A stretch of DNA of 64,000 bases. Origin: Candidatus Omnitrophota bacterium (lineage in GTDB: Bacteria; Omnitrophota; Gorgyraeia; Zapsychrales; JANLHA01). The notes below the pieces were generated by a model. It did no database searches. It was given only the letters and a program-made list of their open reading frames with translations, and was not told the DNA's origin. The position numbers and the translations under genes are program-made. Where the stretch lies: the NCBI GenBank assembly GCA_020632535.1, contig JACKFJ010000007.1:13749-77748 (forward strand), read 5' to 3'. This document shows, piece after piece, positions 36,771-45,856 of this stretch. Numbering within the stretch: the stretch's first letter is position 1; each line of letters starts with the position of its first letter.

Positions 36771-37937
36771 ATGGGAATTTTGATTGCCGGAATTATTGCC
36801 GCGATTGTTATTTTAGGGGGATTTATTTTTATCCTTTTGCGTATTCTCAAAGAACAGGGGCGTAGGCAGGAAGAAATTTTTGCTCAGAAAATTCAGGAGC
36901 AGATGAAATTAAATCAAGAGCAGTTTTTGCTTTTGGCCGGTCAGCAGTTTAAAACCGAGCAAAGCAAAGCTTCCGGTGAATTAGAAATCCGTAAACAGGC
37001 CGTCGAGACGTGGGTTGTTCAGCTTAAGGAGGAACTCAACCAATATCAAAAACTCATTCGTGATTTTGAGCAAGATCGCTCGGTCAAATACGGCAAACTT
37101 GAGAATGAATTAAAGAATGCGTCGCTTGCGACACAACGTTTGCAGGACACGACTAATCATTTGAACAATATTCTTGGTAATGTCAAACTCCGTGGTCAAT
37201 GGGGCGAACGTATGGCCGAAGATATTATTCAGTACGCGGGATTGATCGAAGGTATCAATTATGAGAAGCAAAAAAAAGTCGAGAACGCGGCGACAAAACC
37301 GGATTACGCTTTTTTCCTTCCGAATAATCATCGTGTGAACATGGATGCCAAATTCCCTCTCGATAATTACACTAAGATGGTCAATTTGCCTGAAGGTTTA
37401 GATCGCGCCGCGGCTTTGAAGGAATTTTTAAAGAATGTTAAGGATCGTATTAAGGAAATTCAGAATCGCGAATATATTAATCCGGCGGAAAACACGCTGG
37501 ATTTTGTTTTGCTTTTTATTCCAAATGAGCAAGTGTTTGGTTTTATTCAGGAAAATTTGCCTGAGCTTATGTCGGAAGCGCTCAAAGATAAGGTTGTTCT
37601 GTGTTCGCCATTTACGCTATATGCGATGTTATCAGTGATTCGTCAGGCGCATGAAAATTTTCGTTATGAAAATGATATTCGTAAAATTATTGGGCTTATT
37701 GAACAATTTATTGGACTTTATGATCGATTTAAGGGACGTTTTGACGACGAGCTCGGTAAGCAGGTTGAAAAATTGAATTTGCTTTATTCCGACATAAAAA
37801 CTAAGAATTTTCAGCAGATGGACGTAAAAATTCGCCAGATAGAAGAGTATAAACAAGGCAATCCTTCGATTACGCAAGAAGCTACCACTTCTTTTATCGA
37901 CTTAAATACCGAGGCAAGCCGTGAATCTCGTGTTTAA
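36771..37937 (+). CDS. rmuC: DNA recombination protein RmuC
   Basis: N-terminal TM helix, coiled coil, and the RmuC nuclease-like core (QWGERMAEDII...PDYAFFLP...VNMDAKFPL...FVLLFIPNEQVF). Start set to the ATG at 36771 after an AGAGAGG SD, because the track ATG at 36747 lies inside the repeat hairpin. Confidence 0.85.
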   Translation: MGILIAGIIAAIVILGGFIFILLRILKEQGRRQEEIFAQKIQEQMKLNQEQFLLLAGQQFKTEQSKASGELEIRKQAVETWVVQLKEELNQYQKLIRDFEQDRSVKYGKLENELKNASLATQRLQDTTNHLNNILGNVKLRGQWGERMAEDIIQYAGLIEGINYEKQKKVENAATKPDYAFFLPNNHRVNMDAKFPLDNYTKMVNLPEGLDRAAALKEFLKNVKDRIKEIQNREYINPAENTLDFVLLFIPNEQVFGFIQENLPELMSEALKDKVVLCSPFTLYAMLSVIRQAHENFRYENDIRKIIGLIEQFIGLYDRFKGRFDDELGKQVEKLNLLYSDIKTKNFQQMDVKIRQIEEYKQGNPSITQEATTSFIDLNTEASRESRV

Positions 37938-38622
37938 AAATTTTTTCCCGCAAGATGTGACTGCGTTGTTTGTTGATCGGCGCGTGGACTTTATTTTACC
38001 CGTTGACGCTGTTGGTTTGTCGGCACAACAAAAAGAATTTTTATTACAAGAATTAAAATTAATGCCAGAAAAAGTTTTTACGATGCGGCAGGTGCATGGG
38101 AATAAAATTTTAAATATTGCTTCATCAGATTTGCCGCAACAAGGATCTATTCCTGACGCTGATGGGATGGTGACTAATGTGAAAGGCGCTGTTTTGACAA
38201 TGCGTACGGCGGATTGTTTGCCGGTATTTCTTTGTGATCCCAAAAAGAGATGTATTGGTCTTGTGCACGCGGGCTGGAAAGGGAGCAGAGAGCGGATTGT
38301 TGTGAAAGGTATCGAATCTTTGACGAAGAATTTTGGAAGTCATGCCGGTGATATTTTGGTAGCTTTTGGTCCGTCGATTCGCAAGTGCTGTTATGAGGTT
38401 AGCGAAGACTTTCAGAAAATATTTCCCGCTGAAGTATCCCGCGTCAATGATCGATTGTGTTTGAATTTAGCAGAAGCTAATAAAACACAGTTATTGGGAA
38501 CGGGTGTTAAAGAAGAAAATATTTTTGATTCCAAAGAATGTACGGTCTGTAATCTCAAATATTTTTCTTATCGGCGTGATGATGAGCGATCTGGCCGTCA
38601 TCTTTCTTTAATGGTGTTATAA
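37921..38622 (+). CDS. pgeF: YfiH/PgeF-family laccase-domain protein (purine nucleoside phosphorylase / peptidoglycan editing factor)
   Basis: QVHG...DGMVT...TADCLPV...GLVHAGWKG...SYRRD motifs; GTG start overlapping the rmuC end. Confidence 0.85.
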   Translation: MNLVFKNFFPQDVTALFVDRRVDFILPVDAVGLSAQQKEFLLQELKLMPEKVFTMRQVHGNKILNIASSDLPQQGSIPDADGMVTNVKGAVLTMRTADCLPVFLCDPKKRCIGLVHAGWKGSRERIVVKGIESLTKNFGSHAGDILVAFGPSIRKCCYEVSEDFQKIFPAEVSRVNDRLCLNLAEANKTQLLGTGVKEENIFDSKECTVCNLKYFSYRRDDERSGRHLSLMVL

Positions 38623-38636
38623 AATTTTGTACGAAA

Positions 38637-38963
38637 GTGATTGTGATGCATATTATCGTTTATGTTACTGCTAAGAATTTGGCTGAAGGTCGCCGGATCG
38701 CTAAGCATTTACTTGCGCGCAAACTTGTCGCTTGTGTTAATATCGTAAATGCTTTGGAATCGCATTATTGTTGGGAAGGAAAAATTGAGCAGTCCGCGGA
38801 AGTGTTGTTGATTATTAAGACGCGCAAAGCACTTTTTGCTAAAGTGGCCAAGGCGGTCAAGGATGTTCATAGCTATCAGGTGCCGGAAATTATTGCTTTG
38901 CCGATTGTCGCCGGTGAAAAGAAATATATGGCGTGGCTGGCGACCGAAACACAATCAATTTAA
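38637..38963 (+). CDS. cutA: divalent-cation tolerance protein CutA
   Basis: About 105 aa, LVACVNI...SHYCWEGKIE...LLIIKT...YQVPEI signature. The start could be the GTG at 38637 or the ATG at 38646. Confidence 0.85.
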   Translation: MIVMHIIVYVTAKNLAEGRRIAKHLLARKLVACVNIVNALESHYCWEGKIEQSAEVLLIIKTRKALFAKVAKAVKDVHSYQVPEIIALPIVAGEKKYMAWLATETQSI

Positions 38964-38984
38964 TAATTAATATGGAGGCGTAAT

Positions 38985-39497
38985 ATGAGATTTTCATTAA
39001 AGTGGTTCTGGGCTTTGAGTGTGGCCGCGCTTATCTTTATTCCTTATCCGGCGCAAGGACAATTTGCTTTTGATGAAAATCCTTTGCTCAATAAACAGGC
39101 TCCTGATTTTAAGTTAAAAACTTTGACGGGCGAATCAATGAGTTTAAGTCAGTTTCGTGGTGATGAGCCGACGATTATTTTCTTTTGGGCGACGTGGTGT
39201 CCGCATTGCCGTGAAGAATTAAAAACTTTGGGTAAGAATGCCGCGGCAATTCAAAAAACAGGGATCAAAATACTTTTGGTTGATATTGAAGAGAGCGCCA
39301 AGCAAGTTAAAGCGTTCGTTGATAAATACAATGTGCCATTTACAGTCTTTCTCGATGAAAAATCAGAAGTAGCGGAGCAGTATAGCTTGATCGGCGTCCC
39401 AACTTTATTTTTTATTGATAAAGAGGGTGTTATTATAGCGATGGAACATGAGCTGCCGGCCAATTATGTCGAAATGCTAAAACCTGTTAAAAAGTAA
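38985..39497 (+). CDS. TlpA/ResA-family periplasmic thiol-disulfide oxidoreductase
   Basis: Signal peptide and the FWATWCPHC active site. Confidence 0.85.
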   Translation: MRFSLKWFWALSVAALIFIPYPAQGQFAFDENPLLNKQAPDFKLKTLTGESMSLSQFRGDEPTIIFFWATWCPHCREELKTLGKNAAAIQKTGIKILLVDIEESAKQVKAFVDKYNVPFTVFLDEKSEVAEQYSLIGVPTLFFIDKEGVIIAMEHELPANYVEMLKPVKK

Positions 39498-41013
39498 TCT
39501 TTTTGTTTTCCGGCAAATTAGATTGCAAGTTTGCTTTCAAACGTAGCCGCACGAGAAAATCGTTAAATTCCTTGGTCTTTTTCTCTAAAAGAATCGCGCT
39601 CGCGTAATTATTCTTTTCCTTTTCAAAATCCTTCATGTCGGCTTCTGTACGATTGTCCAAATGAATGATGCAGTAGCCTCTGGATGTTTCTGCGACATCG
39701 CTAATGGGATTGTCAGCTGTGAGGTTAAAGGATTTTTCCAGAAAATCTGGGGCGGGCCCTAGTTTGGGTAAATAATTTTCTTGTCGCCCGAAAGATGTGG
39801 TTTGTGTGATTTCCAATCCGGCATCCTTCGCTATTTTAGCAAAATCGATTTTGGCAATGTCTGCTGTTGTGGCGCGAATTTTTTGCAGTGTTTCGTTAGC
39901 TTGCTGTTTTGCCAATTGAGCGGCTTCAATGGTTTTCCACTCGTCAACAACTTTGTCTTTGATTGTGCTTAACGCGGGCATTGCCGCGGCTTGAGACTCT
40001 TTCATGCGCAAAATTTGATAGCCTTGCGCCGTTTCAACAGGATCACTGATCTCATCGACTTTCATGGCAAAGATTTTTTGAATCAATTCAAAAGGCCAGC
40101 CGGCTTTGAGGTTAGGCTGTTCCATGCTAAAAAAGCCGCTCTCATGGATTTTGAGATTATTTTTGGCCGCGACCGCGTTAAAGTTAGGGTTTGTTTTTAA
40201 TTCTTGACGAGCATCATAAGCTTTGTGCCATGTCGCGTCCTTTTCTGCTTCGCTAACTTCGGTGGCCGTTTTTTCTTTTTCTGTTTTCGCAATCGGAAAG
40301 TCAAAGCGCAAATATTCGACATTGACCATGGGCGGGGTCGCAAAATTGCTTTTGTGGTCTTCATAAAACTTTTGTACTTTCGCTTCGTCAACGACAACTT
40401 TATTTTTGAAGGATTCGTTGGCAAATAGAATGTAGCTGACCTGAACTTTTTCATTGTATTGCCGGTAAACTTCTTTAGTTTCTTCTTCAGTCACAGAAAT
40501 CGCCGCTGTTTCTTGTTCAGTGACTTTGTCAATTTTGAGTTTGTCGCGAAAACATTCTTCGAATTTTCGTGGGGTGATTCCTAGGTAATCCTTAAGGAGA
40601 TTGTTGTAATATAAATCGTCAAATTTGTCTTCAATTTGAAATTTGGGATAATTTTGAATGGCGTTGACTAAATCCTGATCTGAAATCTGGATATTGCGCT
40701 TGTTTGCTTCGTTAATCAAAAGGATGCGAGTCCAAGTGCGCTGAATGCGATCTTGATCAAGGAGATGTTGGATTTTTCTGAAATTATTTCCATAATTGAG
40801 TTTATCCATGAGAACCGTTTGTTGCAGCTGATTCTGAAATTCTGTAAAGGGGACTTTTCGTCCGGAAATTTTGCCCGCATATTTTAATTGTTTATCAGCG
40901 GGGGATTCCATATCATAAGCTGTTCCAAAAAAACCAAAAGCTAAAATAATAATAACAGCCAAGAACCAGAGGATTATTTTGGAAACACCTTTTTTTCGTA
41001 AAATTTTAAGCAT
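39487..41013 (-). CDS. PpiD/SurA-like periplasmic chaperone / peptidyl-prolyl isomerase
   Basis: N-terminal TM anchor, a SurA-N-like region and a parvulin-like segment (SGFFSMEQ...GWPFE...ISDPVETAQGYQILR). The 3' end overlaps the convergent tlpA-like gene by 11 nt. Confidence 0.7.
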   Translation of the reverse strand: MLKILRKKGVSKIILWFLAVIIILAFGFFGTAYDMESPADKQLKYAGKISGRKVPFTEFQNQLQQTVLMDKLNYGNNFRKIQHLLDQDRIQRTWTRILLINEANKRNIQISDQDLVNAIQNYPKFQIEDKFDDLYYNNLLKDYLGITPRKFEECFRDKLKIDKVTEQETAAISVTEEETKEVYRQYNEKVQVSYILFANESFKNKVVVDEAKVQKFYEDHKSNFATPPMVNVEYLRFDFPIAKTEKEKTATEVSEAEKDATWHKAYDARQELKTNPNFNAVAAKNNLKIHESGFFSMEQPNLKAGWPFELIQKIFAMKVDEISDPVETAQGYQILRMKESQAAAMPALSTIKDKVVDEWKTIEAAQLAKQQANETLQKIRATTADIAKIDFAKIAKDAGLEITQTTSFGRQENYLPKLGPAPDFLEKSFNLTADNPISDVAETSRGYCIIHLDNRTEADMKDFEKEKNNYASAILLEKKTKEFNDFLVRLRLKANLQSNLPENKKITF

Positions 41014-41115
41014 GACAACTCCTTAATGAGGCTTTAGTAAAAATTCGGGGAACCATGGAGAATTCAATAAAGTTTGCATTATATCCGTGTGTTTGGGCTT
41101 TGACAAGAAAATTTC

Positions 41116-41144
41116 TTTACAACACTCTTTCCGGTGGTTATAAT
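41116..41144 (+). promoter_or_regulatory. sigma70-like promoter candidate upstream of hisG
   Basis: TTTACA (41116-41121), a 17-nt spacer, then TATAAT (41139-41144), 30 nt before the hisG ATG. Confidence 0.45.
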
Positions 41145-41173
41145 GTCGCCTTGCTTATTAAGGAAATGAAATT

Positions 41174-42049
41174 ATGACAAAATTAAAATTAGGGTTACCC
41201 AAAGGCAGTTTGCAGGACGCGACCGTTAAGGTTTTTGAGCGTGCCGGCTTTAAGGTTAATGTTTCGTCTCGGTCTTATTTCCCGACGATTGATGACCCCG
41301 AAATTGAACTTGTCCTTTTACGCGCGCAGGAAATGTCGCGTTATGTTGAGCAAGGTGTTCTCGATTGTGGAATCACTGGCGCGGATTGGATTCAGGAAAA
41401 TGAATCCAAGGTTGAAACAATTGCCGATTTGGTTTATGCCAAAACATCTTCTGTGAAAGTCCGCTGGGTTTTAGCTGTTCCGGAGGCTTCAAAGATTAAG
41501 TCTGTCAAAGATTTACAAGGAAAACGTCTTGCGACCGAACTAGTAAACGTGACTCGCAATTACCTTAAGGAACATAAAGTCAAAGCGGATGTGGAATTTA
41601 GCTGGGGCGCGACGGAAGCCAAGGTTGCGACTGGTTTGGTTGACGCGATTGTTGAATTGACAGAAACAGGTAGCAGTTTGAAAGCTCACAATCTTCGTAT
41701 CGTGACAACTCTCTGTGAATCGACAACACAGTTTATTGCGAATACAGCCGCGGCGAAAGATTCTTGGAAAAAAGCAAAAATGGAACAAATTTCTATGCTG
41801 TTGGGTGGCGCGATCGCGGCTGACGGCATGGTTGGCTTAAAATTGAATGTTGAAGAAAAGAATTTGAAAAAGATTTTGAGTCTCTTGACTTCGCTCAAGA
41901 ATCCGACAATCTCAACTTTGAGCAAAGAAGGCTGGTTGGCCGTTGAGACCGTGATTCATGAAAGTAAAGTCCGTATTCTTGTGCCGCAAATCAAGTTAGC
42001 TGGTGGTCAGGGCATTATCGAGTACACTTTAAACAAGATTATTTATTAA
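41174..42049 (+). CDS. hisG: ATP phosphoribosyltransferase (long form)
   Basis: [31 protein letters not shown] and the C-terminal regulatory domain; 291 aa. Confidence 0.9.
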   Translation: MTKLKLGLPKGSLQDATVKVFERAGFKVNVSSRSYFPTIDDPEIELVLLRAQEMSRYVEQGVLDCGITGADWIQENESKVETIADLVYAKTSSVKVRWVLAVPEASKIKSVKDLQGKRLATELVNVTRNYLKEHKVKADVEFSWGATEAKVATGLVDAIVELTETGSSLKAHNLRIVTTLCESTTQFIANTAAAKDSWKKAKMEQISMLLGGAIAADGMVGLKLNVEEKNLKKILSLLTSLKNPTISTLSKEGWLAVETVIHESKVRILVPQIKLAGGQGIIEYTLNKIIY

Positions 42050-42068
42050 CCCTTAGAAAGAGCATCAT

Positions 42069-42170
42069 ATGCCTTGCGGAAGAAAACGCAAACTTCGAAA
42101 GATTCGGACGCACAAGCGTAAGAAATTGCGTAAAGCGCTTCGTCATCTCAAAAAACGCGATTGGGCGTAA
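42069..42170 (+). CDS. 33-aa highly basic peptide, possible bS22-type (AURKAIP1/COX24-like) small ribosomal protein
   Basis: Below the ORF-track cutoff. My translation is MPCGRKRKLRKIRTHKRKKLRKALRHLKKRDWA. The K/R pattern with an internal HKRKK resembles bS22 peptides. Confidence 0.45.
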   Translation: MPCGRKRKLRKIRTHKRKKLRKALRHLKKRDWA

Positions 42171-42244
42171 TTTTTTATTCTTTGATAGAAAGCCATGTCC
42201 TTAATTAGGCATGGTTTTCTGTTAGAATTGAGGAGTTTCATCCC

Positions 42245-43228
42245 ATGAAACTTAAGGAATTCGGCAAATCCAGTATGTGGGCCCTTGCACCGGTATTCTT
42301 TTTGTTTTTTTATGTTGGCGCCGCTTCGGCGATGAATCCTCATGAAGAGCAGACCAAGTCAATTTCAGCATACGCGATGGGTGTCATACATGATCTTAAC
42401 GGTGATACTGAGAACGCGATTAGCGCCTATGAGCGCAGTGCCAAATATAAGAAATCCATCGCGGTTCGCTTAAGACTGGGCGCGGATTATGCTCGATTAG
42501 GCAAATTAGACGAGGCAGCTAAAGAACTTGAAAGTCTCCTTAAAGAAGATCCCCAAAACGTTCAAGGACGATATCTATTAGCCCTTATTTATACGACGAA
42601 GAAAGAATACGATAAAGCTTCGAAGGAATACGAAAAGATTTTAACTTCGCTGTCTAAGGCAGATCCGCAAAATATCGAAATTTATGGTTTTCTCGCCCAA
42701 CTTTATTATTCACAAAAAAAATACGATAAAGCGATACAAGAATTTGAAACAGTTTTGTCTTTAAATCCAACGGAGAACGCGGATCTTGTTTATCTGTTAG
42801 GTTCTTTGTACTTGGAAGTCAAAAATCGTGATAAAGCGTTGGAGCTTTTTTTGCGCGCGTTAAAAATTGATCCGAATCATGATGAAACGTTAAATTCATT
42901 GGGTTATCTTTACGCCGAGGATGGCACTCGTTTAGACGAAGCTCTCAAATTTGTTCAACGTGCCGTCGAGATTTCTCCCACCAATGGTGCTTATCTTGAC
43001 AGTTTAGGTTGGGTCTATTTTAAAAAAGGGGACTATACCAAAGCGCTTGAATATTTGACAAGAGCGGACAGTCTTCTTAAAGATCCCGTGATTTATGAGC
43101 ATCTTGGGGATTTGTATTTTAAGATGGGTGAAAAAGATACCGCGAAAAAATTTTGGAAACTTTCCATCGGACTTGAACCGAATCAGGCTCATGTCACGCA
43201 AAAATTACAAGCTCTTGATTCACTCTAA
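42245..43228 (+). CDS. secreted TPR-repeat protein
   Basis: Signal peptide (FFLFFYVGAASA) and at least 7 TPR units (for example AISAYERSAKY, LALIYTTKKEYDKA, ALKIDPNHDETLNSLGYLY). Confidence 0.8.
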   Translation: MKLKEFGKSSMWALAPVFFLFFYVGAASAMNPHEEQTKSISAYAMGVIHDLNGDTENAISAYERSAKYKKSIAVRLRLGADYARLGKLDEAAKELESLLKEDPQNVQGRYLLALIYTTKKEYDKASKEYEKILTSLSKADPQNIEIYGFLAQLYYSQKKYDKAIQEFETVLSLNPTENADLVYLLGSLYLEVKNRDKALELFLRALKIDPNHDETLNSLGYLYAEDGTRLDEALKFVQRAVEISPTNGAYLDSLGWVYFKKGDYTKALEYLTRADSLLKDPVIYEHLGDLYFKMGEKDTAKKFWKLSIGLEPNQAHVTQKLQALDSL

Positions 43229-43233
43229 AGTGC

Positions 43234-44091
43234 ATGCCTAGCCTTCGTTTGTATTCTCCCGCGAAACTCAACCTTTTCCTCAAGGTTTTAAATAAGCGTC
43301 CCGACAACTACCACAACCTCGAAACTATTTTTGAACGGATCAATCTGGTTGATGAAATTCGATTGATTCCCAATTCTACCGGAAAAATCAAGATCATCTG
43401 TGATCACCCGCAAGTGCCCAAGGGGCCGAAGAACTTAGTTTATAAAGTGAGCCAAATGTTACAAAAGGAATTTGGTATTACTCAAGGTGTGACAATTAAT
43501 ATTAAAAAGAATATTCCGGTAGCGGCCGGTTTGGCAGGTGGCTCAACTAATGCTGCCACAACGCTTTTGGGACTTAATAAAATTTGGGAAATTGGTCTTT
43601 CGCAAAAACAATTGGTCGAAATCGGAGCCAAAATCGGTAGTGATGTGGCCTTTTTTTTGTATAATTGCAGCTGGGCTTTGGGACAAGGGCGGGGGGAGCG
43701 GATTACGCCGCTTAAAATCAAGCAAAAATTGTGGCATGTTGTTGTGGTTCCTCGAATTAAGATGTATTCCAAAGATGTCTTTGGACGCCTGAATTTGAAG
43801 TTGACAAAAAAGAGGGTGGATGCTAATATTCTGACTCTTGCATTAAAGACGCAGTCTGCCTTGCAAGTGGGAAATTTGCTTCATAATGATTTGGAAACAA
43901 GCATTTTGAGTATTCGACCCGAACTTTTGCGGGTTAAGGAAAAGATGCTTAAAAATCGCTGTTGTGGTGTAGCTTTTTCTGGTAGCGGTTCAGCGTGTTA
44001 TGGACTTGTTCCGTCGAGAAGAATAGCGAGCGCAGTTGCAAAGGATTTAAGGCGATCTTACGCTCGGGTTTTTGCAGTGTGCACGTTTTAG
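43234..44091 (+). CDS. ispE: 4-diphosphocytidyl-2-C-methyl-D-erythritol kinase
   Basis: PAKLNLFLKV, the GHMP ATP motif IPVAAGLAGGSTNAA, and GSGSACYGL. Confidence 0.9.
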   Translation: MPSLRLYSPAKLNLFLKVLNKRPDNYHNLETIFERINLVDEIRLIPNSTGKIKIICDHPQVPKGPKNLVYKVSQMLQKEFGITQGVTINIKKNIPVAAGLAGGSTNAATTLLGLNKIWEIGLSQKQLVEIGAKIGSDVAFFLYNCSWALGQGRGERITPLKIKQKLWHVVVVPRIKMYSKDVFGRLNLKLTKKRVDANILTLALKTQSALQVGNLLHNDLETSILSIRPELLRVKEKMLKNRCCGVAFSGSGSACYGLVPSRRIASAVAKDLRRSYARVFAVCTF

Positions 44092-44173
44092 AAAAAGTAG
44101 GGACAGTTCCTGCATTTCTTCGTGATCTTTCCGGGATGGTTTTACGCGAAAACAAAATTTTGATGGTATATCT

Positions 44174-44245
44174 TGCCCGGTGGTGTAATCGGTAACACAC
44201 GAGAATTTGGATCTCGTTTTCCAGGTTCGAGCCCTGGCTGGGCAG
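44174..44245 (+). tRNA. tRNA-Gln (anticodon UUG)
   Basis: Hand-folded cloverleaf. Acceptor stem TGCCCGG/CTGGGCA (one G-U), D stem GTGT/ACAC, anticodon stem CGAGA/TCTCG with loop ATTTGGA, a 4-nt variable loop, T arm CCAGG-TTCGAGC-CCTGG, discriminator G. CCA is not encoded. Confidence 0.85.
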
Positions 44246-44278
44246 TATTAAAAAAATATGTGGTTCAAAGCTCATTGA

Positions 44279-44575
44279 GTGAAAAGAAAACCCGCACAGA
44301 AGAAAAAGATTGTTAAGAAAAAATTGTCGTGGTGTGTGTATGTTTTAGAGTGCGCGAACGGCGACTTGTATACCGGCATCACCGGCGATCTTCAGCGAAG
44401 ATTTAAACAGCATCAAAGCGGCAATGGCGGAAAATTTACTAGGACGTTTGGAGCAAAAGAAATTCTTTATTTCGAAAAATCATCTGGCCGCAGTCAGGCG
44501 CTCAAACGGGAATTTGAAATCAAAAGTTTGTCGCGAAAAAAGAAATTAGAATTGGTTAGCAGAAAGTTATTGTGA
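44279..44575 (+). CDS. GIY-YIG nuclease-family protein (UPF0213/YhbQ-like)
   Basis: WCVYVLECANGDLYTGITGDLQRRFKQHQSG...E.KSL motifs. GTG start with a Lys-rich N-terminal extension; the start is uncertain. Confidence 0.75.
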   Translation: MKRKPAQKKKIVKKKLSWCVYVLECANGDLYTGITGDLQRRFKQHQSGNGGKFTRTFGAKEILYFEKSSGRSQALKREFEIKSLSRKKKLELVSRKLL

Positions 44576-45837
44576 TGAGTTCTTTAGCGACGATTATTTT
44601 GGCGGCAGGTAAAGGAACGCGGATGAAATCCGCCCTTCCCAAAGTCCTTCACGAAGTTTGCGGTCGATCCCTTATTGAACATGTTTTAGATATTAGTCGA
44701 CAACTGGGTTCTTTAAAGACATGCATTGTGCTTGGGCACGGGATTGAAAAAGTTCAAGCCCATTTGCCAAAGAATATTTTGACCGTCGAGCAAAAAAAAC
44801 TTTTAGGCACCGGCGACGCTGTTAAAATTACGGAAAAGATTTTTCAGAGTTTTCAGGGCGATATTTTGATTTTGTGTGGAGACACCCCACTTTTAAAAGT
44901 TGAAACCATTCGTTCATTGATCAAAAAACATCGTAGTGCCAAAGCTGTCGCCACGGTTTTGACGGCGGTTGTTGAGGATAGCCGTGGATATGGTCGCATG
45001 ATTCGTGATCATCATGGGAATGTTATTGCCATTCGTGAAGAAAACGATTGTGACGAGCTCGAACGAAATATCAAGGAAATCAATTCTGGTGTTTTTTGTT
45101 TCAATGCCAAGGTGCTATTTGAAAATTTACGCAAGATCAAAGTTAATTCAGATAAAGGCGAATATTATTTGACGGATTTGATTGCTCTTCTTGCCGTGAA
45201 AGATTTGCGAATCGAGACGGTCACAACATCTGAGTCCGCTGAAGGCTTGGGTGTTAATACCCGGCAGGATTTGGCTGCCTGCGCGGCAGTCATGAGGCAG
45301 CGGATTTTGAAAGATTTGATGTTAAGTGGTGTGACCATCATTGATCCTGCGACAACACATATTGCTGTGGATGTGAAAATCGGAATCGAAACCGTGATCA
45401 AACCTTTTACGGTGATCGAAAATCACGTTGTTATCGGGAAAAATTGTATTGTCGGGCCTTTCGCGCATCTTCGTCCCGGCACATGCGTTGATGATAACGT
45501 TGAGATCGGAAATTTTGCTGAAGTTTCACGAACCACGGTTGGAAGCGGTACGTTTGTTAAGCATTTTAGTTTTTTGGGTGACGCAATTGTCGGGAGAAAT
45601 GTTAATATCGGTGCCGGCACAATTACCGCAAATTACAATGGTGTAGAGAAGAGTCGAACTGTCATCGGTGACGGAGCTTTTATTGGATCGGATTCGATTT
45701 TGGTCGCGCCGGTCAAAATTGGCAAAAAAGCGATGACTGGAGCCGGATCAGTTGTGACGGCCGGTAAAATTGTCCCTGATGGGAAAATTTTTGTAGGTGT
45801 GCCGGCGAGAATGGTGCCGGGGAGAAATAGAAAATAA
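44572..45837 (+). CDS. glmU: bifunctional UDP-N-acetylglucosamine pyrophosphorylase / GlcN-1-P N-acetyltransferase
   Basis: LAAGKGTRMKSALPKVLH, LCGDTPL, and the C-terminal hexapeptide-repeat domain; 421 aa (slightly short). Confidence 0.85.
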   Translation: MMSSLATIILAAGKGTRMKSALPKVLHEVCGRSLIEHVLDISRQLGSLKTCIVLGHGIEKVQAHLPKNILTVEQKKLLGTGDAVKITEKIFQSFQGDILILCGDTPLLKVETIRSLIKKHRSAKAVATVLTAVVEDSRGYGRMIRDHHGNVIAIREENDCDELERNIKEINSGVFCFNAKVLFENLRKIKVNSDKGEYYLTDLIALLAVKDLRIETVTTSESAEGLGVNTRQDLAACAAVMRQRILKDLMLSGVTIIDPATTHIAVDVKIGIETVIKPFTVIENHVVIGKNCIVGPFAHLRPGTCVDDNVEIGNFAEVSRTTVGSGTFVKHFSFLGDAIVGRNVNIGAGTITANYNGVEKSRTVIGDGAFIGSDSILVAPVKIGKKAMTGAGSVVTAGKIVPDGKIFVGVPARMVPGRNRK

Positions 45838-45856
45838 TATTTGGGAGGAATAAAGT

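Noticed and set aside
41055-41177. 40-codon upstream ORF ending in an overlap with the hisG ATG, considered as a his leader peptide or attenuator.
   Set aside because: It contains no histidine codons and no terminator/antiterminator structure. The best promoter candidate for hisG lies inside it.
44092-44300. Possible integrated element or prophage remnant at tRNA-Gln.
   Set aside because: There is no integrase, excisionase or phage-like genes. I saw no repeat of the tRNA 3' end, and the downstream genes are core metabolism (glmU, prs).
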